Positions 50,221 to 61,599 of a stretch of DNA of 64,000 bases are shown here, piece after piece. A program made the position numbers and the translations under genes. The stretch is taken from NCBI RefSeq assembly GCF_964355755.1, contig NC_092674.1:22320001-22384000 (forward strand). Reading direction: 5' to 3'. A model generated the notes under the pieces. The model was not told where the DNA came from. It did not search any database and was given only the letters and a program-made list of their open reading frames with translations. The stretch's first letter is position 1, and each line of letters opens with the position of its first letter. Origin of the DNA: Antedon mediterranea. Lineage: Eukaryota > Animalia > Echinodermata.

Positions 50221-51382
50221 CTTTTTTCTCTGTATTAATCTTACTTTAAGTAGTATTGAACTTACTTTAGTAAATAACAGATGAATACACCTATCTATGA
50301 TGTTATACATCCATTAATGTCTGAAACTTATCCAATTACATTTCTACACGTAGGCCTACCTGTTTATTTTCAGACCTACAGTAAGTAACACATTTCGATT
50401 CCAATATGATTAATTGAATGACGTTACAGTATTCATCTTGTTGAGAGGTAGAATGTAGATTGTTTATAGAACATTACAGTAGTTCGTATACCTTATATGA
50501 ACATGTTATAGGGAATGCTAAGCGCCTGTTATTTTTATTGTAAATTGCGATTGACATTCACTGAATCTATAATCTTTTCATACTAAGCTGGTTTGATGAT
50601 TTTTCCCACTATTATACTATAGTAACATTATGTAATACAACATAACTGAAATATTTTATGGAAAGACGATCTATCATGGTAGTACATGTCAGTCTGGAAT
50701 AAACTGTCTTTTGTTCATTCCTTTCCAAAGGCTATAAAAGTTTCGGATGGTGATGTTGATTTGATAATTATAAAGTCAAAAACACAATTTCTTTAATAAT
50801 CAGTTTCTAAAGTTTAATGCTACTCTCAGCTTCAGTGACATGCATTTAACCTTCATATTGACCTCATTGAATCAAGTTGTATTCGTTTGTTTTATCTTAT
50901 GCTTCGTTGCCCATTATTGTTATAAATTTTCGTTCATTTACCATCGTCTTTGTTTATCTACAGTATAATCATTTTCAAATTCTAACCAATATAACTTCAT
51001 CCTCAAACGGTCGCCAACAATACGGATTTTTTTTTTATTTATAATCAACCCTTATAGGCCTCATTACCATAATCAGTATCACTGTTATCATCAACACTAA
51101 CACCATCAATTAAATCTATCTTATCGACCGGTAATCACTTATAATTGTTCGTAATAGTAAGTTTTTCATTGATGTCGTCATCGTCAATAAAAAATACACA
51201 AACAGATTTCCTCCGATTTGAAACAAGCATATTTATTAGATTGTAACGTTTGTTAGTAACAGAGATTTACCCATCATTATCTTTTCTAAATTAACTACTG
51301 TAAATAATTTTCAATATCACTGGCCGGTTTATAATTTCGTGTGCCTGTAAATTATGTAAAATTATCTATTTCACACATGACA

Positions 51383-51454
51383 GCCAAGGTGGTTCAATGG
51401 TTAGTTCATAATGCATATCAAGTAGAAGGTTCCTAGTTCGAATCCTGGTTGTGC
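51383..51454 (+). mobile_element. tRNA-derived SINE head / decayed tRNA (duplicate of 42251)
   Basis: TGGTTCAATGG A box, GTTCGAATCC B box. Confidence 0.55.
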
Positions 51455-52048
51455 TGATTTTACTAATTCTGAAAGATTTGTCATTTCTAAATCGTTTTCG
51501 GGTAATTAATTCGAGTAAATAAAAAATAAAGTTTATTGTATGATCCGTTTCACTACATAATAATTATGTTGAAACTAATCTAATAACAACAATAACTATG
51601 TTTGAACACAACATTTGTCATTTAATATCGTCTCAACAATAGTGTAATAGTGTATATAATAGTATTTTGGACAATAAGTTGTGAGTAAGTCCACATATTC
51701 CGTGTTCAGGTCAGGTATAGTTTTGACTATATATATACTGCCACTCCAACTTTTAACATAATCTTCTAGAGATTTTATACCTGAAAGAAAAAATGCAATC
51801 TCTATTAACAACATAGTTTACTTGCTTTAGTGTTTGTTGAATATTCAATTCAATATTTATATTTTATTATTTATATGTTTTATTGAGTCTCCGAAATTAA
51901 TCTACACAGAACCTGGATTAGCCATCCATAACATATATGGTAATACATAAATAATTTATGTTTCTCATTGAATCCTTTACGATTAAAATTATCAAATTTT
52001 CATTTTGATATATTAAATAATAATTTAATACGACTTACTGTAAGATAA

Positions 52049-52876
52049 TTATTGATTAGGTCCTATGCCACTATGAAAGTTTCCACATACGCAGTTTCGT
52101 CGTAAAATGTAACGCGTTTGGCCATAGTGTGTATATCTGCGCTCTTTAAAGCTCAGGTACAGGCATGAATTTTAAATATAATATTTGGTTAATTGTACAT
52201 AAATCAAATATTTGTAACAGAAATCGAAACGAAAAAACATGAATTTCCCTTAATATGGTATCAAATACAAAATTTGGCAAAATTCTTCCATAAAAACCAG
52301 GAAGACTTTTTTTCAGTAGTTAGGTAGTTAACCTAATGTAATAACATATCTGGTGACTCCCTAGATGGTGAAAAAAGATGGTGGATATACGGTGGATAAT
52401 TTTTGCTATAGCATGAAAATAAAAATCTGAAGTTGAATAAAAATATCAGAAATGTAATATTCAAGTTATATTACCTATATTTAGTCATCTGATAACATTT
52501 TTTACCACACCGTTTATTTTTCATAGCTTTTTTAAATTCCTCTCTATTTACAAAATGTGTGTACAAAAGAATAGAGATTTTACTGTGTAATTTGAACTAT
52601 CCCCCCACTGATAAGAAAGTGCTTATTTTCAAAAAGCTCGTGTAACACAAATAAAATCCCAAAAATTATGAAACATAGGGGAAACTATAGATCGATAATT
52701 ATTGGAATGTATGATCAATAGAAATTTTTTGCCCGCACCTGGCCTTTAATATAAGAACATGACCTGTGTTCCTCGGTTTGAATCACTTTACCAGTACCAC
52801 CATCGCAATAGCAAACCAGAATCCAGGTTTTTTCATTTTTAATCCAATCGCATTTTTCAGAGATATGTTCCATCAT
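52049..52876 (-). pseudogene. Small Cys/His-rich protein family, copy C', interrupted by a transposon
   Basis: MMEHISEKCDW...EEHRSCSYI | KERRYTHYGQTRYILRRNCVCGNFHSGIGPNQ*. The ORF is intact once the insertion and one TTAA are removed. Confidence 0.88.
52150..52745. mobile_element. Kolobok-type non-autonomous DNA transposon, 596 bp
   Basis: TTAA TSD (52146-52149, 52746-52749). Imperfect TIRs AGCTCAGGTACAGGCA / AGGCCAGGTGCGGGCA start with purines (Kolobok-like, not the CCY of piggyBac). Empty site present in copy C. Confidence 0.8.
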
Positions 52877-53566
52877 GGAAGACTCAATCTTACGAATGCT
52901 AAGTGAGCTAACTAGTAATTTTATAAAGTTATTTCTTAAAATCGACTGACCAATCAGCTTTCAGAGTAAAGAATCATTCAAATGTTATGGTTCAGCAACT
53001 ACATTTCCACTGTCACTATCATATAGGCCTACATAAGTTGACAAATATAAGTCATATAAAAACATGTTTTCCTGTGGAATTTTATATTTTATTGGAAAAA
53101 ATGATTTAAAACACAGTCTAAATATACAAACAATCGAATTAAAATATACATTATTTGTGCGATATATTATGTTCGATTTACCTTTTCATTTTAGATACAA
53201 TATTATTAGACATGGTACTTGGTCATACGTCGAGAAACATAAACGATTAGTTCATACCAAATTATGCTAATACTAAGTGATTATTTAGATATCTGGATAT
53301 TAATTTTAGTTATTTTTTCCTTGTCAATGTATCTGCACCGTCCGCTTTTACTTGCTGCAGTTGTCATTTTTCCACCAGTAAACTTCAAAATTCATGATGT
53401 GGTTTATATCTGAGAGAAACAATAATAATAATTAAATAAAATAATAATGTTAATACCGTCTTTTTTTCGTAGGCAATATTATTTATTGTCTTCAAAATTG
53501 ACAAATGAATGCGTAAATTAGTACAACATTTAAGCTATCAAAATGACCTACTCTTGCCTCACGTGC

Positions 53567-53803
53567 TTATTGAATGTTTGGTCCTATACCAGAATGATAT
53601 TTTCCACATATACAGTTTCGACGCAATATATAACGCACTTTACTGTAGTACTGAAAAGAATGTCTATAATAAGAGCAGGTATCAGACCGATGAACTTCTG
53701 TTTTTATTTCATTACGAACGCCATTGCAATAGCAAATCAATCTCCAAGTTTTACCGTTTCTATTCCGTCGTTGCCAGGAGCAAGTAATTGATTTATGTAA
53801 CAT
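53567..53803 (-). CDS. Small Cys/His-rich protein family, copy D, 78 aa, intact
   Basis: MLHKSITCSW...LICYC...TEVHRSDTCSY...YILRRNCICGKYHSGIGP; TATA at 53844-53849, CCAAT at 53874. Confidence 0.8.
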   Translation of the reverse strand: MLHKSITCSWQRRNRNGKTWRLICYCNGVRNEIKTEVHRSDTCSYYRHSFQYYSKVRYILRRNCICGKYHSGIGPNIQ

Positions 53804-55634
53804 CGTAGAAAAGGTAATTATACGAATGTTGATGTGAGCTGACTTTATACACATTTCGCTAAAATTCGACTGACCAATCAGCTTTCAGAGTAAAAGATGA
53901 TTCATAATAAGGTATTCTTGAATAAAAGTTGTACGGTTTGGGTCATGATAAATACCATGTACACGCTTTGCACCACAGGTCACTAGACATGATACTTTAC
54001 GAGACTGAATTGAGCCCATGTCTAGGCCCAATTATTGTCACTTTTATCTTTCATGATTTGCTTGATAATATGAAATTAATAATTATTGACAAATACATCG
54101 ATACAGACACTAAACAAAACTCACTCTTGGATTGATTTTATTTTAAGTTAACTCACTAAAAATCGAAAAACATAAATAAACTTCATAGTTGAATATTTTA
54201 GACTATACGTAATCCCATGATGGTTCCGGATCTCGTCTTTTGTCAATTTTATTTGTTCGTTACAATATACTGTTAAACTTATTGTTAGTGAAGTGAATAG
54301 GCTGAGCGTGTATATATCTAGATTGACACTGGTTTTCAATCGCTGAACATCGATGCATAATAATAAAAAAGTATACTTAAATTTCATACCACATTAAACT
54401 AAGTTACTGATCTGATAAATAAAATTATTAAATAATAAATTGCGTTTAATAATCATTTCCCTCTTAGCAATAATTTGTTCCTGTAAATCTATTTTTCCAA
54501 TTCTTTGTTTAAATTTGTGAATTAATTATTTTAATCATCATTACTTTGTATTATTATATTGGGTGATCTGTAACACAATCGTGTTCCAATGATTTGCATT
54601 ATCTTTTTCACATTTATATCAAAATCAACATCATCATAAATTAAATCTATATAATATAGATGCTTTAGTCTTCAAGTCTGAAGTTTGCACTAAATTGGAA
54701 GAAGAAGACCGTACAGTTATAATTAATGATAATTGTTTGTAATAATCAATGCAATTTCCAATATTATTGTTAAAAAGATTTCCTCTGATTTTAAATAATT
54801 ATTATATTAATAATAATTATTAAATTATAACTACCATAGTTTTAAATAGAAATGCATAATATTTTGGTTTCTAGAAACACTAATCTTATCAAATCTCAAA
54901 TTTTATACTGTGTTATCTTATAATATACAGTGAATAATTTTTTCCGAATTTGATCAAATATAATCATTTGGTTGTGTGTCTGTCAGTCCATACAGAGTTG
55001 ACTTCAGTTAGGCTGGTACACTAGAATGCTTGATGAATCCTTTTGAAATTTGAATTCTTGATGTCTTTTATACCTGAAAGAAAATAATAATAATAATTCT
55101 ATTACATATTAATTTTTTCTGTATTAAAAAAAAGTGTTTTTAAATGATTATAAAACTAGAAATAGAAATTATTCGCCGTAGAATTTTAGTTTTAATTTAA
55201 TTTTTATATTAGGCCCATAATAATAATACTTGTCATTAATGTGACCAACAAAGAGCCGCGGATCATACTTTGACCAATCATAAGTTTTATTTGATCGCTC
55301 GTCGTCATCGACTTTCTAAAGTACTCATGGAATATGGCTAAAAAATAAACAAATAAACAAATAACATTGAAGTTTTCTTCCAACAACACCAGTATGCATG
55401 TCGACGCCATTTTACTTAGTTTACTTAGTGAGTTGAGACATAGTAATGAAATTATTCATGTAATTTATAATATGAATGCTTAAGTGTATTTTTTAGATAA
55501 ATAGAATATGACCGGGTCACATTCTTGCCGTTATTGGAAACTGCCTTTGCAACTTATCTCTCTTTTTGCTTTGAAAATAATTAAAGGACAAAGCAATATA
55601 CAATACTCATGTTGACGTATCACTTACCGTGGAA

Positions 55635-55871
55635 TCACTGATTTGGTCCTATACCACTATGGAATTTTTCACATAAACAATTTCGTCTCAGTATATAACG
55701 CACTTGGCCATAGTTATAAAGTTTTATTTCTTTAGAATAAGAACATAAAGGACCCCAATGTTCCTCCGTTTTTATTGCTTTAGGAATACCGGTACCATCA
55801 CAATAGCAAGCCAGTGTCCATGTGTATATGTTATTTCTTAGCCAATCACATTGGGCATTTGCATGTGCCAT
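55635..55871 (-). CDS. Small Cys/His-rich protein family, copy E, 78 aa, intact (alternative ATG at 55889)
   Basis: MAHANAQCDW...LACYC...TEEHWGPLCSY...YILRRNCLCEKFHSGIGP; TATA at 55909-55914, CCAAT at 55945; gtaagt donor 7 nt after TGA. Confidence 0.8.
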   Translation of the reverse strand: MAHANAQCDWLRNNIYTWTLACYCDGTGIPKAIKTEEHWGPLCSYSKEIKLYNYGQVRYILRRNCLCEKFHSGIGPNQ

Positions 55872-56764
55872 CGTGGAAATGTGAATCATACGAATAATAA
55901 TTCTGTGTTTTATACACTTACACTTTAATCTTAAAATCAACTGACCAATCAGCTTTCAGAGTACAGTAGTAATGATTTATTAATGCAAAAATGCATGGAT
56001 GATGTTATATGAAAAAGGAAAGCACAGTTTTTGTTCACCACTCTTACTATCATTTGATAAATATGAGTTAAAAATTAAAAATACATATTTTCATGTTGAA
56101 AGTTATTCTTTTATTGGATAAACAATTTTAAAAATAATAGATATGCATTTTCATATTGGTGCTGCATTACAAGTGAAGTGCTTGTAAATAGAAAATGAAT
56201 TAGGATAATTGAATCGATTCCAATTTAATTAAACTCATTAAAAGCATAAACGTAACACATAATTGAATATATTTATTGAATATATTGATTATTATTGGTC
56301 CCACAATTGTTTTAAACGTTGATCTTTCCCTTTTATTCAAACTTTTGTATTTTCAGATGTACTTGTAAAGAGATATTATAATAATTCTATAGTATAACTA
56401 GAAAGCCTATGTTCTGAGAAAAGAATTGCATTAATTTAAATTATTTTCAGATAATTAATTACCATATTTATTCGAATAAACGCCTCGCTCGAATAGACGC
56501 CACACCACATGCAACAACACATTTCTATTTGTTTTTTATTCATTGATTGGCATCTACAAATTACTAAGCATTTTGATACAGTTTTTACTGTATTTTATCC
56601 CTCTCGATATTTATTGTGTTGCATTTTTTAAATCTAAGCTAAGCTAACAGTGTTCATTTCAAAATTTAAGATAAATATTTAGAAACGCAGAAGAGTTATT
56701 TGATATTCAATAAACTAAAAATAATTAAATAAAATATATGTTGTGTGCTTTTCACCCTACCTAA

Positions 56765-56965
56765 TTAATTGCTTGGCGTAGTTGATCCCTTTGCAGAATG
56801 ATATACTTTCGGTACACTGCTTCGTAATATTTGTTCAGAACTCTTGTACTGTACAGCACTAGATTGCTGTTCACTTACATCCTCCTCCTCCTCATCATCA
56901 GGTTCTTCCTGTTTAGTTTCTTCTTCCTCATGTTCACCAATCTTCTTTTGCTGATAACTTGACAT
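56765..56965 (-). CDS. Unknown small acidic, probably disordered protein, 66 aa
   Basis: ATG-initiated Glu-rich ORF; TATAAA at 57072-57077 and CCAAT at 57101; ag|gtaggg donor 4 nt after the stop, as in neighbouring genes. Confidence 0.6.
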   Translation of the reverse strand: MSSYQQKKIGEHEEEETKQEEPDDEEEEDVSEQQSSAVQYKSSEQILRSSVPKVYHSAKGSTTPSN

Positions 56966-58249
56966 ATTTTTTATTGTTTAATATCTTAGTTATAGCAAAA
57001 TTGTGTTTGTACAAAATCTCCTCCGATAAAAATTTCAAACCATTTGCAAATGTTTACAAGTTGCTCGCTTATTTATAGGACCTAAGTTGTCAATGATTAA
57101 CCAATAGAAAATATATATTAAACTATATTATTGTTTTTTATTATTTACATTATAAACACGATGTTTCATTGGATGCACCGTTGTTTATCTTACATTTACG
57201 AAGTCAACCTTTCACCAATGCAACCAATAGTGTTAGAGTATGTTAATTTTAAATGCAAAAGATACAAATGTAGGATTGGTTGATTAAAGATTTTCTAAAT
57301 TAGGTAATGTTGTAATGTAACCTGTTCAAAATTTAATAAACAGAGCAACTCGTGTAGTATCAATCTCATGATTTATTTGAACGACGGGTATCACAAATTA
57401 CTTCCAATTTCTCAGTTTAAAGTTATTCAGTTATTTTTTAAAGAATATCTCCACAGTAACACAAACCATGATATAATTTTCTAGCCGTCACGTTATAGTA
57501 TTTGAAATGTTAAAAAAAAATTATAATTATGCAATTAGTATAATTGTGATAAACACGGATGTGTTTAACGACATAATAGGCCCATTTACAGTACAATTAT
57601 TATGATTTTGATTTTTTATAATTTTCACCGGTAAATTTAATTTTGTCATTATTTAGTAAGTGAAAGAAATAGAATACAATATGTATAGTAGTAATTCTAC
57701 ATATTTATTAGATGGATTTGTTAATAAAAGAAAATGTCAACATTGTATTGTACTCTAAAAGTCTAGGCCTAACATGTTAGCGGAAATATACACTTGTCCT
57801 TGAACTCTCGGCAGTGTCATTCAATGAAGCAGGTAATATTCGACTACATTAATAAGCTTACTGGAAATAATTTATAAACTTCACATGCTGTACCACGAGT
57901 CGCCTATACAGTTATTTAGAACATAAATAAAAGTCGTTCTTAACGAACTTAACTGGTTATTATGGTACTATTAATTGAAGGAATTTAGTTGTTAAATAAC
58001 AAGTTATTACGACTTATGCATATAAATAATAATAATGTCCATTTTTTGAAAAAGCGTTTATATACCGTATTGGCATAGGCCTATATGAGCAACTAAATAT
58101 GTAATTTATATTTCTACAGTTTACTGATTGACATTGCATGTTTTCCACTTGGTTTTGAATAAGAATCTCACATTTTCCGATCTTCGTGTTCTTGTTTTCA
58201 CAAAAGTAGCACTTTTAGTCTCTGCCTGCATCTTAGATACATTCCTTCT

Positions 58250-58977
58250 TTAGAGGATGATGCAAGAACAACAATCTCCACTTCTAAATAAAACAATGTA
58301 TCATCATTTATTTTGGCTTGTTAGATGTAGAAACGAAGTATCCAGTTAATATGTTTATTTAACCCATACATTATAATACAATTATTAAAAAATGTATAAT
58401 TATAGAAATTAACCATTAAAATGTTCTAAAACGATATAGTATTCTTCTCACTATAAAATAATAGCCTCTTTTAAACTAACGATTTAGCTGCCTATGTTAA
58501 AAGTTATAGTTTTGTTTTTCTATCACGCATGCTAGGCCTAAGTAATGTTTATTTAAAAATGGATCTGTTTTTAAGACAGAAATCAGCAGACGCGAGATCG
58601 AATACTGGCCCAAACATTTTTGCGAAAGTACATTTTTTCTTCATCTAAACGTTATTTCGATACACTTAATGTTTCTATTACAATTTTATTCTAATATTCT
58701 TGCATTATTCCTAAAGTAGTAATATATACACTCTGCTATTGTACTATGGAATACACTTATATAATTATATCTCTCTAGGTTAAGGAGAATTTTGTTCCTT
58801 CTTTCGCCCTAACGTACATAAAATTTCTCCCTAACGGTCAATTTTTTTTTATCCTGAACTCTATGGCTAGTCAGTATGAATAATGTAGTTTTCTTACCTA
58901 TCCTCACCGCAATTCCCACATGTATTTGATCCTCTGACGTTAACCGAATTGGATGCTGAATAAGTCACAGGTGTCAT
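58250..58977 (-). CDS. Two-exon 37-aa CaaX micropeptide (exons 58977-58898 and 58283-58250): MTPVTYSASNSVNVRGSNTCGNCGEDRSGDCCSCIIL*
   Basis: AG|gtaag donor, ttttatttag acceptor, matching phase 2; ends in CIIL-stop; TATAAA at 59050-59055, CCAAT at 59077. Confidence 0.65.
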
Positions 58978-61599
58978 TATTGCATTCCTTTAAACTGTTT
59001 TTGTCTATGCTGCAATGTCTTATAAATTGTTTTTAAAGTAAACTGTCGTTTTATATGGAGCCTTCATCAAATCTATCCAATCATCATACAGTGCAAATCA
59101 GACGTTTTATTGTTATAGTTGATTGGAGTGGATATTTGCAAATCGTCATAGTAACGAAAATAGACGTTTGATACAAATTACATAATTTTAGCCTAACGTA
59201 TTTCTTGGTGTTCGTCATCGTTTTTTTATATAGAATATTGTGTTTAAAAAACACCTAATGTTATTTTTGATACCAACTCGTTTATTAAATGATTCCAAAT
59301 TGTGAAATTTGCAATTTATTATCAGATAAAATTAAAACAAACTATTGCAACAATGATAATTACAAAATATGACACATTTATTTATATCTATTTAAAAGAT
59401 AAATTGTACAATTATTATTATTGTAAATGACCAACAAGTACTAAATCTACTAAACTAAATGACGTTCTTTATACCGTGGCGCTTACTAGTCTATGTGTGC
59501 TTTATAATTTTAGCATTTACAAGTTCAAGACATATATACCTATAGAGACATACTATATACCTATATTTTCTTTTAAACTAAAATTTGGTTTTGCACGCAT
59601 AACTAATACTTTATTATTTTTTTTAATTAGGCCTAATTAAAATTATTTCATTTTATTTCAAATTACTAGTATCAATCAAACCCACTATTTGAGAAACTAT
59701 TCGAGCATTATGCTAAAATAGAAGATACAAAGGTTTTCAATAAGTTCCAGTTTCCTTCTAATTAGTGAAACGCCGTTAACGAATTTAATTGTTTATTTAT
59801 TTAAAATATTTTATTCAATATTTTTTAGCAAAGTTATATTTTTGTTAATTTAAAATAAGGCACAGTTTTAAATATCATTTTACAATAAGGTACGGTTTAC
59901 AATACCCACAAGGTGTATTTCTAATCATATTTTGGTGTTCCACCAAATTATAATTTTTATATTTTTTTTTTGTAAAACGCCGTTAACGAACTTAATTGTT
60001 TAATAATTTATTTTAAATAAATTTCTTTAATATTTTTAAAGAAATTTCATAATTGTATTGAATTAATATAAAATATAATTTTACACGTCGTTATATACCG
60101 GTAATTATATATACAACGGATAAAATCTCGTGCTACAATTGTATACTTAATTTCAAATCAAAATTCAAATTGTTTATCATAAAATACTGCTCTTTATTGT
60201 TTACTTATTATTTCATTTTTAACAATATAATTATGGGTTTTTTTTGTGGCACACGACCACTTTTATACACAAATATTGCATCACCAACAAGGCTATCAAT
60301 ATGTTTCGCAGATAAAAACCTTCTGGAGGCTGTTAAAATTCCACTTATCAATATTTTATGCTTTGAAAATAATATGTTTTCTCAGGGAAGAGGATTCCTC
60401 TACCTGGTTTCACACCTCCACTGACCCAACGTAAGATCGACATTATTATGGCAGTCATGATAAAATAATTTGGGTTTATAAAATAAGACTATGTAACCAA
60501 TCGTCATTGAGAATAATACAATAGCGAGTTTTCGTGAAAGCGAAAGGGGACGGTCAAAATGAAAGGTCAAATGAAATTTATACACAATATTAATCTGCGC
60601 ATGCCTATAAGTCCAGTATACTCGGTTAAGTTTTCTTGAGGACTATAATTGGTCGATAAATAGGGGAAAAATGTTTTGTAGCTTTGTACCTGAGTTGCTA
60701 ATTATTAATTAAAATAGTAACATCTTTATTCCATTAGTCACTGTTAACAATCACCAATATATTGTAAACTAGCAACAAAAATGAATTTGTATATGAAAAC
60801 AAACAAAAATACAGGAAGAATTTTAGTCGTAACAGAAAATCGTCAAACAAATCAAATCCAATTACTAAAATTGTTTAATATCACGGATTTGAAGAACCGC
60901 TAAATCGAGTTAGGATACATTATTGTTTTTTTCAAGGCAAGTGAAACAGCTCTTGATTAAAAATAACAAGACTTAACAGAAAGGTAGCAGTCGCGTACAA
61001 TTATGTTTGAAACGTATGTACTATGTACTAACTAATACTTTGATAGGTCAATTCGTTTACAACTTTCATTCTAAAACATCTGTCATAATGAATACTTATA
61101 TGTCACAGTTACGTTAAAGATTACATTTGACATAGAAGCGTAAACGAATTTTAATTACTACCTAAAACTAACTAAACAGAAGTGCAAGTAAGCCATAGTA
61201 ACATCGTTATCGACTTGGTCTACTTGTTAAGTCTTATTCAATTATCATCGGTTAAATTTCATTTATATGTATCTTCCAAAAAATCTATCGATCATACAGT
61301 GTACATCAGATGTAGGCGTTTTATATTTACCAATCGTAGAAAGATTATTTATTGTTATTAGTTGTATTGCTATAGTTCGTTGAAATGGAAAATGTTTTTA
61401 TTGTATTTTAAGATATTCATTGTCTTCGTCATCACAACTGTTGATATTTTTTACCTGTAACCTAGGAACCAGTTATGTTATGATAAATTGTGTGCAACCA
61501 GCAACATTGGTAGGTTTATGCTTGTAGTCACTTGAGTCCCCGATACAGACTATCGGGTTCAACTAGTTGACGACAACAACACAATATGCGTTATCCTAG

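Larger units (their letters stand above)
33500..55100. repeat. Tandem segmental duplication, ~10 kb units (approx. 33.5-44.07 kb and 44.1-55.1 kb)
   Basis: Collinear matches: 34801 vs 44210, 36370-38640 vs 46040-48650, 40630-43500 vs 49735-53190, 43600-44070 vs 54150-55110. Outer boundaries are approximate. Confidence 0.85.

Noticed and set aside
52150-52745. piggyBac assignment because of the TTAA TSD
   Set aside because: Termini begin AG rather than CCY, which fits Kolobok better.
36122-55871. Calling the Cys/His family metallothioneins, defensins or toxins
   Set aside because: Only 6-7 Cys in ~80 aa with conserved aromatic residues (unlike metallothionein) and no signal peptide (unlike defensins or toxins).
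53804-55940. Long N-terminal extensions of copies D (to 53854) and E (to 55940) in the ORF track
   Set aside because: They start at non-ATG codons and run through the TATA box, so they lie upstream of the predicted TSS.
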